64,000 nt of DNA from Laetmonice hystrix (lineage: Eukaryota), in NCBI GenBank assembly GCA_965235115.1, contig OZ249440.1, positions 7,936,001 through 8,000,000 on the forward strand, written 5' to 3'. Both the position numbers and the translations under genes were made by a program. The notes under the pieces were generated by a model, which saw only the letters and a program-made list of their open reading frames with translations, made no database searches and had not been told where the DNA came from. Below are positions 11,376 to 24,565 of this stretch, piece after piece. How positions within the stretch are numbered: position 1 is the stretch's first letter; each line of letters starts with the position of its first letter.

Positions 11376-14300
11376 TGTCGACCGACTCTCCTCCACAAAC
11401 TTACCTATATCTTGTCCTATCTTACCACACCGGGGGGGGGGGGGGTTGCGTTGGGATACATCCATACAGTTAGGTATGCATAAACGTATATATGTCTAGC
11501 CAAACAAGGTATACATACAGATACTGTATATATACCTCCTCATTACCTCGCATGTAATATCTAATATGCCGCAGAGCAGGTTGTGTACCGAGGCATGTAA
11601 GGAGGAGAAGAGGTCAACTTATATGTCTCATTAAGTGGGATACTGACATGTATCATTAGGGCTAACCTGGAGACAAAGTGTCTCTCCTTTCGGCCCACCG
11701 TCTCCAGCCTGGGTCTGGGTCTTCCACAGGTGATCGCCACCCATAAATCCCTCAAATATTTGGAGTTAATATATGGGATGTTTCCCCAGGTTATTGCAAA
11801 GATTGATCTTTTTGAGCTGTTTTGTTCTTACTGACTTACCTAGGGGAGAGACAATAATTAGAAAGCCCTGAAGGGGGCGCTGAAATAGGTTTAGAAATAG
11901 TAATGCTATAAATAGGTTGTAATGACCAACTTATAAGGCATTCTGTCTTATTTACCTTTCTTTCTCCTTCATCCATTCAGATCCCATTAGAAGCAAACAT
12001 CAATCAACTGATTCTAAGACCGTCTCTGTATACATGTATGTACTTTCCTAAAGCCGGTCTAAATGGCAGGACCACCTCGGAGTTGAGTGATCATTGGCCG
12101 CAGTTTGGCCCCAACCTTTGGCTCCTTGTGTCTGAACTTGCCTCCACGATGACCCTACCATTGTTTTATGTCTGACCAGGTCATTAGTAATGTGTGCAGC
12201 CAAATGTACCTACCTATACATTCATCATAGTTCGGTACATTGTTAGGGTCATCCATTTAAGGCTACTCTTTTCACGTCAGCTGCCACTTTGGATACCGTT
12301 ACGCGTCACGTGACATTCAAACTGAGGGACAGGAAGGCCACTGCATGTAAGGTTGCCAAATGCTTTGCGGCTTTGTTGTTAAAACATAAAACGAGCCAAC
12401 TTCTTAATTTCTTTGACTCCGCATAACTCTGTGATTACACACTATCTTGATCAAACTGATTTGTTACTTATTGAGTTCCCACCGAGAAGTGTGTGCTCTA
12501 TTAGTTCCATAATTAGATTGCAAGTCACCAATTTGTTGCCAATCCGCTACGATGATTTGTCACTCCTGCTTGTTTTTCGTTTTTCTAATAGGATAATGAG
12601 CGCTAGTAATACTAAAGTAATTGACGAGGACTTTCATCCCTCAAGCTACAACCCAACAAGACAGCCTGTGATACGAACGAAGCAGCTACTGTGGAGCAGG
12701 TGGGATGGCCTGGAGAAGTTGTTTTTCTGCTGCTGTGGAGGATACAAATGAACAGTGTCAGAATGACCAGCTAACCTGCCAGCCTGCCCGGACAACGAGC
12801 CAGCGTTGTCCTGGCTACAGTGCTGTTATATATAGGACAGTCAAAGATTCCTCTCCCAACAGACGATGAATGACACCTCCTGGCCGGGCGGCAGACCTGG
12901 AGCGAGGGAAGCTATATTGGACAACATGTGGCTCACATGCGGCCGTACATCATGACGAGATGGCCGACCTTGTGAATACCTTGGAGCCCTTTGCACTGAG
13001 GTTTCAGTGTCAACATACAGGCTTTGAACAGAACACGTTCTTTAAGAGACGTGAGGCTGACATACAAAGAGATATATGACCCATAAGTAAAACTGATTCA
13101 TGGTGTTGTCATGTTGCAAAATGTCAGTGTTTTAATTAATTATTCACATTTTGACTAATAAAAGTTATTTGCAGCGCCCATTATAGAAGACTCTACCTAA
13201 TGACAAAAAGATTTGTGCTTCGACACACTTTGATCCTGCTTTTAGGTGTATTATTGAGGTGTGATTCTCAAAATGAAGGGAAACGCAGGCCTTGAACGTT
13301 ACATAGACCTATTCAGCAAACATCTGTTTTAAACTCCTGAGACTCGTTCACAACAAGGAGAGACTATATACCGTTTAAAAACACATCGAGAGAAATCAAA
13401 ATCCATTGCCTCATAGAAGGTCTTGTAGAGGAACCGTTCTGGTAGTGCACCGGGTAGTGCATCCTTTACCAAAAGTCGTTCGGATGTGACTTCCTCCATT
13501 ACATTTGTCACAGCACCTCTCCTTGATCTCAAGTTCAGGTTAATTTTGAGAAGTTCATAACTAAAAGTAGATGATTATTGCCGTTAACTGTTTGCTAAGT
13601 GATAACTATTATTATAAGACTGACATGTACAGGTTGGCCTGGACTTTTCTGCCATCCTTCACTTGAGAAACGTATTGAGAAACTTGAGGAACGCTAACGT
13701 ACACCTCTAACTATAAATACACACAATCTGGTTCTTTCCGTGATTTCGTCATATTCTACATTCATTTACTTTCTGCAACAGCAAATCATCGATCAAGTCT
13801 TTTTAAGGAATCAAAGAAGAATGCGTTTATCAGCTGAAGCCGCCATCTATTAGAAGCTTTCGCGAAAACACCTGCTTCGAACGCTAGGCAATATAATATA
13901 CAAAGACATTTTGAGCAACTAATCTCTGTCATCTTTTCCCAGCAGTGCTTCCTTCGCCTATTAATTATTTTTTTTTCTAATCTACTACTGCCGTTTTTTT
14001 CTGACCTCCCCCTCACACTTCTTGATATGCCTCAGAATTATTCAAAATTCCGGTTCACTGAGGCAGAAACCATACGCTGTCTGTTAAGTAGTTGTTAGCC
14101 AAGTACGAGTAGAATCAGTGCCTGTTATAGAGAAGCGCACAACTTATAATTTATTCCAAAGGTCACTGTCCCGCCGGCAATAATCTACTACCCCCGCCCC
14201 CCAAGAATCGGTTTGATCAGGTTAATCTGTTTGTATCCTTCCCTTCTCGGTATACTGAAAATATTATTATTATATATCCTCGGACTTCCGAGTGGACGTT

Positions 14301-14597
14301 TGGTGAGGAGGGACGATTGTCATCCGGGGCCTATTAGGAGGAATCTTGCTGACCTCCTCCCTTTGGGAGAAAAAAGGGGGTGAAAAAAAGTTTGGCCGAG
14401 AGGTACTTCCTTCTAAAGATGGTATCAGTGACAGTCTGTGATGAATGGCTTCCAATTGGTGCCCGACTGACAGGAACAGACATCCTTTCATTATGCCGGG
14501 TTGTCAGAGGATGTATCTTAAATATCACCAGACCTGCGCGAAATCAACCAGTACCATCAAAAGGTATAATCCTAGAAAAATATGAGGAATACATGTA

Positions 14598-14598
<1 letters not shown>

Positions 14599-14670
<72 letters not shown>

Positions 14671-14717
14671 GAGACGAGAGAGAGAGAGACGAGAGAGACG
14701 TGAGGGAGAGGGAGGAG

Positions 14718-14763
<46 letters not shown>

Positions 14764-14776
14764 GAGAGAGAGAGAG
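14599..14776. repeat. (GA)n microsatellite, interrupted
   Basis: Long GA dinucleotide tract with GAC/GGGA interruptions. Confidence 0.95.
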
Positions 14777-15310
14777 AAATAAATAAAGGCTAACATAATG
14801 TAAAGGGTATAGGTAAATGTATCGCCATACATATCGCTGCCTACTTTATAAATGTCGACACTCAAGACCGGATAGGAGGATATATAACACAAAATCTTCG
14901 TCAAGTCACTAAATAATACATGTACATCTTAATTGATTAATCATATTAAAGGAAATGTTCGCACGACTATGACAGAAGATGTAGACTCCATGAAATGAAC
15001 AATGTGAAGTTATTTGAGTTTGAATGACCTGGCTCTGATCTACAGATGACAAACGGCATAATGTGGAGGATGACGCACACGTCCAAGTTGAAGCCACGTG
15101 CCGTGTCTAATGCCATTATATATGGTGTACAGGGAGGAGCTGGTTGGTCATCCCGCTCGAGGCCATGATGTGACCAAAACAAAGGCCACATACAGGGTGA
15201 CAGATACAGATCCATTTCATAATCTTTTCTATTTCACTAAAGTGACATGCAGACATGACAAAGAGGCCTAGGTTGGATGGAATCGGAGGTTCATGCCTAA
15301 ACAAAATTCA

Positions 15311-15358
15311 GGGTCATCAAGGCGGCCAGCTTTACTGGTGTGGGAAACCGGAGTACCA
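15311..15358. mobile_element. Possible short SINE fragment
   Basis: GGCGGCCAGCTTTACTGGTGTGGGAAACCGGAGTACC resembles the GGAAACCGGAGTACCCGG core I recall from invertebrate SINE families. This is recall only and is not database-checked. Confidence 0.3.
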
Positions 15359-16144
15359 GGGCCCGGTTTTTTTCCACCGTGAGCAAGGGTGAGCTGAGCT
15401 GAGCTGAGCACCATTTTCGTGGGTTTTTTTTTTTTGGGGGGGGGGGGAGGGGGGTCCCATGAGGCGTGCTCCTTCTCTTCGAGAATTCTGATTACATGTA
15501 CCATTTCTCTTATAAAGGGACAGAGACAGAAAATGGCGAAGAGTTTGGAATGTATAGGGTGTTTTCATAGTACACTGAAGTCTTTGATGTAGGCCCCCTT
15601 TTGGGCTACACGTATGTTTAGCCTAACGGCAACAGTTGGACTGCAGGAACTGGAACTGCTCAAGGCAATGAACTCCACTCTCCTGGGAGAAACAATATCA
15701 TCAAGTCACCTTCATCAGCGACTCGGCGGTAACCCAGCAGGAGTAGGTGTCACAGTCCCAGCTCGAGACCTCGAGACAGTACGATAGTATGTTCTCATGC
15801 CTGCCGATGACAACGTATTTGTCGCGTGTGGTCGCGAGGAGAGAGAGAGGACAGGGCCTCGAGCCAATCTACTTCTGGTTGAGGCTGATGATGCGCGCGC
15901 AGTGTCCACAACCCTGGCGGGGGGTCCGCACCACCGCCGTCCTGCGTCACCACTCCTTGTTATTGCTTTGTTAGCGAGTCTAAAGTGAAGCCAAACTTTC
16001 CAATTCGTGGTACTTTTGATCCTTGTTTGACAAACAAAGTGTGCCAACTCGGTCTGTAAAGACTGTGTTGGTTACCGCCGAGGGTTATCGAGGGTAAAAG
16101 TAAGGTACACACGTAAACGAATAAATGAAAGTACAGTTTGGGGC

Positions 16145-16266
16145 AAATACCTGAGCCAACCAGGGTATATACATCTCCTGCCTCCAAATACCTGAGCCAA
16201 CCAATGTATGTACATCTCCTGCCTCCATACCTGAGCCAACCAATGTATGTGCATCTCCTGCCTCCA
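16145..16266. repeat. Minisatellite, 39-41-bp unit x3
   Basis: Three copies of ATACCTGAGCCAACCAATGTATGTACATCTCCTGCCTCC. Confidence 0.9.
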
Positions 16267-16989
16267 AGCCCCCACAGTAAACACCACCTGAACTCGCCCA
16301 TATGTGATTAACCATGCCTTTCCTCAAACGCCACGCAGCTGGACTTTCTTCCTTTAGAAAACGATGCAAACAGATGTTTCACATCATCAGATTGTATTGT
16401 GATAACTGACATTATGACAGGCTTTATCTACCATTTTGTCAGACCGCGTTCGATATGGTGTGATTTATATGTAAGGAATATATTTGATATATTTATGCTT
16501 CATGTCATCAAAACTGGTAAAAATCCGTCGACATTTTATTATGCGTGCATGAATGCAGTTATGTGTGTGCATGGGGGGAGGAGTGCTACACAGAAAAGAA
16601 CAACAGTATTTCTCTTAGAAACGAGTGGCTGAATCCATGACGCACAAACGCTTTTAGAACATATCCTGCATGCAGTTATTCAAATTATCGGCAGTCAGGG
16701 AGAATTTCAGAAAGAAAAGGTGAACTTGGTCTTAGTTGACTAGATACGTTCATCCTACCGTTCGAAGATCTGGCGTCTGAGACGTGATAACCCAATGATA
16801 GCCGCCATACGGAACTGTGCATGCCACAGATCGACCCACTGACGGGGAACGGGTTGTAGTGCTATACATCCCTTTAGAAGAGTACGTCATGTCGCACTTT
16901 TCTCAGCCTTGCACCCTCCCGGCTCCAAGTGGACACTTCGTGACTCAGCATATATGTCACTGTCCTCACAACGCCGGTGCGGAAGACAT

Positions 16990-17453
16990 CCACTACGTAT
17001 ATACAGTGTGTCTGGGGCCGGGGGAGGCATCCACCACAGTGTGTCCGGGGCCGGGGGAGGCATCCACCACGTATATACAGTGTCTCCGGGGCCGGGGAGG
17101 GCCATCCACCACGTATATACAGTGTGTCCGGGGCCGGGGGAGGCATCCACCACGTATATACAGTGTGTCCGGGGCCGGGGAGGGCCATCCACCACGTATA
17201 CAGTGTGTCCGGGGCCGGGGGAGGCATCCACTATGCACGTATAGGGCCTACACAGTGGGTCCAGGGCCGGGGGAGGCATCCACCACGTATATACAGTGTG
17301 TCTGGGGCCGGGGGAGGCATCCACCACGTATATATATACAGTGTGTCTGGGGCCGGGGGAGGCATCCACTATGCACGTATACACAGTGGGTCCAGGGCCG
17401 GGGGAGGCATCCACCACGTACAGTGGGTACGAGGCGGGAGGCATCCACCACGT
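16990..17453. repeat. G-rich minisatellite, ~41-bp unit, ~10 copies
   Basis: CACGTATATACAGTGTGTCCGGGGCCGGGGGAGGCATCCAC with length variants; source of many overlapping ORFs at 16.8-17.6 kb. Confidence 0.9.
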
Positions 17454-18869
17454 GGCTTCCAACATTGATTCAGGTTTACTTATGCAGATGTACCTTGATA
17501 TAGAATTTTTCTTCCGATTCTGCGCTTTGAGTGTGAAATGAAAAGTGTGTACTGTGAAATGTAAATTTGTCTGTTGATTCGATTCAAGCCTCAATCATGT
17601 TTACGTCGGGTGGGAGGGCTGCTTAGGCATAATATTACGTTAGCTTACCCAAGTAGGCTACAGCTACGACCTTATAGGTATGATGGTATGTGTATAAATG
17701 GTGAGTACTTCAAATATAACCCTGTTCCTGGACGCCTCATTCGGATACTGTTAATATATATTTAGTCCATTTAATGAACGACCCTTCACGTACCATTAAC
17801 AAATAACATGAGAAAACTTTTATTATTTGAGCCGAGAGCTATAGGTGCGCGGTCTCTCACACCTTTTGTTTTCAGAGACTGAGAATTGATTTCTAACCGA
17901 GCCTGAAGGGGGGACACTAATTTGGGTTTAAAGCCGCCTGTGGCTTCAAAACCAAATATAACACTACTGCATTCTTATGTCCCCCTTTTTATAACAACTC
18001 AAACCAAAACTAAGCTCACAAGTAAGTGTATCATGCTTTTCTCAATGACAGCTCATGGTCACAACTTATGTTCTAGAAACTACTGTATTTATTAAACATT
18101 GGTACGAGAAAAGATTATTCTAATAAAAACCAACTCGTTTGTGATCTTGATGCATACTAACATCTTAGAATAAAACACAGAAAAATTACACCAAGTCGTT
18201 CAGTCGTTTAAAGTGATAGTCGTTCAGTCATTTAAAGTGTACGGCGTATAATAATTATTATTGCCCGTCAGAACAATCTAATGCGTCGGTAATAATAACC
18301 TACTAATGGATGTCTGAGTGGGGTTAATTTTGGTTCTATATAGACTGACCATAGACTTTCGTCCAGAGACGCCACCGGTTAGCCGAGCGACAAACGCCAC
18401 CTTGAGGTGTGTACTGACGGCAACTCCATCTAGTGGGCAGAGTTAGACTCATCATGCAGGCCCGAGACAATAAACGAGTCTGTCTACTATAACATGGCTT
18501 TACTGTAAAATTTCGGTTAGATCGAATGGTCGAATCATTCTATTTGTTAAATGACTGATTTAAATGAACGCATTTTGTGGAAATGCGCATAGAGTTTATG
18601 GTGCAAAATAAAGGGTATATTTATATATACAACTGCTGTGATCTTGTCTATACTAATATATACACTTTTTCCATATATCTCACAAAAGAATACTTACCTG
18701 AATACTTAACTGCTACTATTATTTTTGTACCTCAGTAAGGCTAGGTTAGCCGAACCCCAGGTCTGTGAAACTATGATATCCAATGTTATGATTGGACGAT
18801 CGTTAGGAGCGTCCCCATGCGGACAAACAGGAAATTACAAAATACTGGCGGTCATTGGCAGCACTGCCG

Positions 18870-19110
18870 GACGACCGTCAAAATGGGCCGGTCAGATGAC
18901 CGTCAAACTGGGCCGGTGGGACGACCGTCAAAATGGGCCGGCGAGACGACCGTCAAAATGGGCCGGCGAGATGTCTATCAAAATGGGCCGGCGAGATGTC
19001 CCTCAAGATGGGCCGGAGAGACCGTCAAAATGGGCCGGCGAGATGTCCGTCAAAATGGGCCGGCGAGAATGACCGTCAACATGGGCCGGCAAGTCGACCG
19101 TCAAAATGGC
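18870..19110. repeat. Degenerate minisatellite, ~21-25-bp unit GACCGTCAAAATGGGCCGGCGA, ~10 copies
   Basis: Repeated CCGTCAAAATGGGCCGG core with variable linkers. Confidence 0.85.
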
Positions 19111-20232
19111 GTCACAAGTATTAATTTGAAGCGATTCATGGAATACGTTTCGTTATAAAGGTGTTCTCAGCATTACCTTGACTTGCCCTTTGGACGGCAG
19201 TAACTCCCCTCGCTCTCCTGATACTGGACCTTTTAGGTGGGATAAGTCCCTAAACTTCTAACAAGGGTGTCGATTTAAAGACCCTCCAGTCCAAGTTCAA
19301 AAGTTTACTCTACAGAATTAGCGAGTAATTTGTCGAGTCCGACCTTTCCGGTCCATCTGGCGGTGGACGGTGGACGGCGCGGAATGTTGAAATGACCGCC
19401 GTCACTTTAGTCGGCATTAAAGGTGGACATATTTAATAGGAGCTGTCAGATATAGGTGGGTCACTTTCTCCGACAGCACGCCAAAGTGGCTGACATGAGC
19501 GCCTGGAGAGACGCTAACAAGACGCCGCCGATGATGCTACTATTAGTGACCGTTCTCATAATGAGTGCACGTGGCGCCTCTGATGACTGCCCGTCATGGT
19601 ACATGATGGCAATGTGTCAACATTGGCATGTTTATATATTATATCTTTCTATACCTTATAAGGTAAGGACGTGTTAGTGCACACGCGCGCAACAAATCAT
19701 AGGTCTCAAGTCCTCATTTTGTTGATTTTGTAAAACACACTGGACACATCTAACTATAGGCTCTAAAAACGTAAAATAATTATGTCTAAAAATAAAATAT
19801 AATGAAGTATTAAATTGCCGCGGAATTCGTATTGTAAAATCAAATTCGTTGAATGACGGTATATCTTCCTGTTTCCTGTTTTAATTTCTGTCAGCATTAT
19901 CTGCGTTACCCTGAATTTAACTCCAAACGACGCATGTATTATAGCCAGGAAAAGTTCATATTATCTTCGTATAATTGTACGTATACACGTATAATGCATG
20001 CGTATACTATACGAAAAGGAAAAAAAACGAATATCTCTAATTAGTCCAGGATAATTCTAACGTGAGTGGAGAATTTCAATAATCATAATTTCCTTAATAT
20101 TATATACACTTCACTTGCGTATGGGAAAATCTGAGCATGGCTTACTAGGGCAGTATAGTAGAGTGGAGTTGTCCAGGTGTATAGTTAACGGGGAGGCCAG
20201 GTGTCAGAATGGCGCCAGTCAGCCTGTCCGAG

Positions 20233-20588
20233 CGCTCTGCACATATTATATACAGGTTCATGTCCTTAATTTCAACCACGCTCCTTATGGCATTCAGACG
20301 CTCTGCCCATAGCACTCCATAATACACGTTCATGTCCTTAATTTCAACCACGCTTCTTATGGCATTCAGACGCTCTGCCCATAGCGCTCCATAATACACG
20401 TTCATGTCCTTAATTTCAACCACGCTCCTTATGACATTCAGACGCTCTGCCCATAGCGCTCCATAATACATGTTCATGTCCTTAATTTCAACCACGCTCC
20501 TTATGGCATTCAGACGCTCTGCCCATAGCGCTCCATAATACATGTTCATGTCCTTTATTTCAACCACGCTCCTGATGGCATTCAGACT
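20233..20588. repeat. Minisatellite, 72-bp unit x5 (first copy degenerate, 66 bp)
   Basis: Repeated CGCTCTGCCCATAGCGCTCCATAATACATGTTCATGTCCTTAATTTCAACCACGCTCCTTATGGCATTCAGA; explains the 24-aa-periodic minus-strand ORF. Confidence 0.95.
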
Positions 20589-21587
20589 TCGGACGTCAAG
20601 GTGTGCGATGAAGCTGGGCTGATGGATGACAACATTGCAATGATGGAATCACCAGGTCTTTATAAAAGATTGCCAATTATTGATAAGATGAAAAGCATTC
20701 TAATATTAGAGATTGTTACTTAATAACAGCATGGATAATGTGTGAGTAAAAGAAAAGGAGTAACAGTAACTGTGAAGTGAACAATAGATGCCATATACTT
20801 AAAATCGAATTCGAAAAAGGCATAGCACATAGATGGTATGCGGATAAAGGTATAATTGTGAACGAACAAGACTTTCGTGGCTGTGTTGTCCTGTGCTGGT
20901 TTCAAAGTGTGTATATTTATGCATGTTTATGGTTTTTGTGCTCATCATCTTCAATTCTAACGAATTATCAGATTATCAGCCTTTATCAACTCTCGCCTTT
21001 AGATATTTAACGATTCATGGCATGTCCTTTCTCATTTGACAGGACACCGCGCTAATGTGACGGCGGCTTTCATTGGTCTAGCTGACGCCAGAGTCCAGAT
21101 AAATTTCATTAGATTGGCTCTTTCTGCGAATGACGATGTTGCTACATATTTGTCCGTCGCCAAACGACCCATTGTTTTTGGCTCGTTTGCTACTGGCATT
21201 GTCGTCTGCGTACGCAGGCCGACATGTAAACTGACCTTTTGACCTTGCCATCTCGCCAGCTTCTCGTTGACAGACATTGGCGTCGTTTGTTCTTTTGGCA
21301 ACAGCGAGGTTCAAACTATTTAGCTGCAGTGAGCTCGCAACGTGTGACAGGTCACATGGCACATTCCAGCGGCGCCAATGGCGCACTCTGATGACCGCAT
21401 CTTTTGACATGATGCTTGGCGATCACGTCCGTTAAAGGACAATCGGCGATAAGTGGTCACAATTTACGTAATGATTAGACAGCTCATGTTGTCATCACTT
21501 GGCAATGCGACCCGACACCTTCTCAGCTGATGAAGGCGAGCCGGGAGTCATCTTATAATACCGGCTGTCTTTATACATTAATTGTTC

Positions 21588-21803
21588 ACCTTGTTCTCAT
21601 CAAGTTTAACTGAAACACAAATTAATAACTCTAACACCTTGTTCTTATCAAGTCTAACTTAAACACAAATTAATAACTCTAACACCTTGTTCTTATCAAG
21701 TCTAACTTAAACACAAATTAATAACTCTAACACCTTGTTCTTATCAAGTCTAACTTAAACACAAATTAATAACTCTAACACCTTGTTCTCATCAAGTTTA
21801 ACT

Positions 21804-21805
<2 letters not shown>
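21588..21805. repeat. Minisatellite, 48-bp unit, ~4.5 copies
   Basis: CTAACACCTTGTTCTTATCAAGTCTAACTTAAACACAAATTAATAACT starts at 21631, 21679 and onward. Confidence 0.95.
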
Positions 21806-21856
<51 letters not shown>

Positions 21857-21876
21857 GAGAGGGAGAGAGAGAGAGA
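21806..21876. repeat. (GA)n microsatellite abutting the 48-bp array
   Basis: GA tract starts directly at the end of the array. Confidence 0.95.
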
Positions 21877-24239
21877 TGTAGTACCCTGAAGATATTCAAA
21901 CCATATTAATCTTTAGTATCTTGAGCATGCTAATAATGCCTGTTCTGATGAGTGCGTGATATCTTTCTTCACACGACGTAAGAATTTCCTTCCATGGCTA
22001 AATTAATTCGTTACCTATAGCGCACTGCTCATGGTCATAGGTTCCCTATATGTCACTTTCAAGTTATAGAAGTATATGGCCCCAACTGTGTAAAAAGGAA
22101 AGAAAACAATAGACGCTCCAGGTCAGGAACCAGAATAAAGTATTACGGGCCGTGTGCCGACGACACCATGCACTGGACACCACGACCCGTATTAGACGCA
22201 AGTAAATATCCCATTCAGCCCGCAATTACGATAAATAATTTCTACCTGGCATCCATTTTTCATGCCATGGGAGGGGCTGGCGCATGATACACGTGTTATG
22301 TAATAAGTCCAATTGCTAATTAGCAATGTAGCCTGGAGATGGATCACGCATCTTGGAGATCAACCAGGGAATGTATGAAGTCCCTGCCTCCCTGGTATAG
22401 ATCGCCGCCCGTATACCGACTGGGACAGCTTACTTACACCCAGGCGTTTCTTCTCGTACTGTGTATACTCCCTACTATAAATACCACTATAGTTTACTAG
22501 ACCGGGATGAAAACGCGAGCGGAGTTTAGCTGATACCACCCTTTGACTTATCTGTAAATTCCGTGCACTCGGTGCGAGAAAGTGTTTTTGCATGTGTAAG
22601 CTGACAGAGAAATACACGCCTAGGTGTATTAGTGTAATTAATTAGTGACGTTTTTATGGCACCAGACTGGCAGAGCCTAATTTGATGGTGGTAAGGCCCG
22701 ACTGATGTGTTCCCCGAGAACAGTTTTGGCGGCGATGGCCTGCACCACAAGCCCGGCGTCTGGACAGCGAGGCGGGACGCTACAACTAAACTGAGCGCGC
22801 CCAATTTGTTTCAAAATTTACATAAAAAATACTATTAAAAAATAACCCGAACAGACAGACACTTAACTCTGATTAATGTCACAACTATACATGAACATAA
22901 TTATGTATACGCTACAAGCATACTTTCTATAACTATACAAACTATATGGTTCGATTGCGCCAAGTATATAACATGGCATACAGAATCATTTACTTTATTG
23001 GTTCATGACAAAATTGCATTATGACTATAAATTATGACAACTGAATATTTAAAATCAATGATCTTTACATTGGACATAAGCCAATGACAATAGGCTTACT
23101 TCATACCTTGGACTCATGAAGATTCATGAAGACCAAGTGTGTTAGCCGTTGCAATTGCTTAGATATCCACCATAGCTAAGACTATCTGAGACTATACAAG
23201 TACATAATAGAGTCAGATATTGTACCCCTTCTTTTCCTGTAGACACATATACACATAATAGTTGTTTTCAAACTACTTCTGCTCGTGTTTCGTATATTCA
23301 ATAACTGACTGCCATTGTGACTGCTGCCGATCCTGGCCGGTTCCCTCGATAGTTGTAACAACAGCAGAACATGCCTGTCAACACAAACAATGTCAGCACG
23401 ATTATTATTATCATTATTAACCTGACTGTGAAAGGTTGGGTCGTAATGTATGCGCCGTACATCAAAACGATCGCCTCCTCGTATTGTAGTCAGACCTTGG
23501 TAACTTAATACCAGGTACGGCGGACAAAACGGGCGGACAACCGGAGCGACCTCTGTCGGCCACAGTCGGAACTAAAGCTAGCTGGCGACCGTCAGCGTGT
23601 GCTGTTTGGTCGAGTGATCAGGGATGGTTACTCCAAACTATTACCTCTACATAATATCACCAATTAGATCGTAATGGTTCATTATACTTTAATAAACCAG
23701 GTGTTATAGACCATAATTCACCACACAAGAAGGGAAATCATACTTTTTTTGGTGTTTCTGACGTTGTAATGAAGTTGATGATCATTGAAATGGTTCCCCG
23801 CCCAAAATGAAGGAACAATAAGTATACGCACGGACGTGAACAGAATACCGGCTGTGTTATAATATTGCTGGCCACTTTAGGAAAAAGATGTAAAACCCTA
23901 AAATTCTATAGTATGAATAATTTTGAAACCTACAATGATCTATTCCAGCAAAGGTCAAGAAATTCGGTTTAATAGTACAATAGTAAATATTTATATGAAT
24001 AACATTATACTTATAATAATTGTATTCTGGGTGACATATCGGATACCATAGCGACAAAACGTAGTAAGATACTTTCGGAATGCCTACAGGTGACCATAAA
24101 AAGATGGTCGTCCTTAAGCTTGATATTAATGGCCTGATTTCGACCACTCGGCCGGTCTATAGCATGTGAAACCCAGATTTTGTATTCAGGCATGTTATAA
24201 TGTTGGGAGTAACAGGGCTGACGGAGAGCAAGGTGAGCT

Positions 24240-24565
24240 AGCCGGTCGTCATGCGGTCCTGTCCCGCCGGCCGGGAGGTCCTGTCCCGCCGGCCGGGAGG
24301 TCAGTGGTCTCGGTACACGACCCGGCCGGCCGGTCGGACAGGTCGGCGGGCGGGCTGAGGCCGTGCCGTCCCACCGCCACCCACACGGCCCGGGTCGGGA
24401 GGCCGCGCAGTGGTAGGCTCATCCCGGCCAATACAAAGGGTCGGTTGATGGATGGCGTGCTGAGAGGGGCACCACCTGGGTGCTGTCCCCGGGCCTCACT
24501 CCCCGCGGGGGCCGCCCGCCTGACACCGCTATCGCCGGTCTACATCACCGGGCCGAGGTGACAAC
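24240..24565. other. GC/CpG-rich island containing a 22-bp direct duplication
   Basis: GGTCCTGTCCCGCCGGCCGGGA occurs twice (24255-24298); high CpG density in an otherwise AT-richer region. Confidence 0.55.

Noticed and set aside
12590-14200. Protein-like peptides (e.g. ADLVNTLEPFAL, NYSKFRFTEAETIRCLL) hinting at hAT/Harbinger/Transib remnants
   Set aside because: The fragments point to different families and lack catalytic motifs. BLASTX against TE proteins would be needed.
15715-16047. KSTTNWKVWLHF resembling the start of a BED zinc finger
   Set aside because: The following Cys/His ligands are absent.
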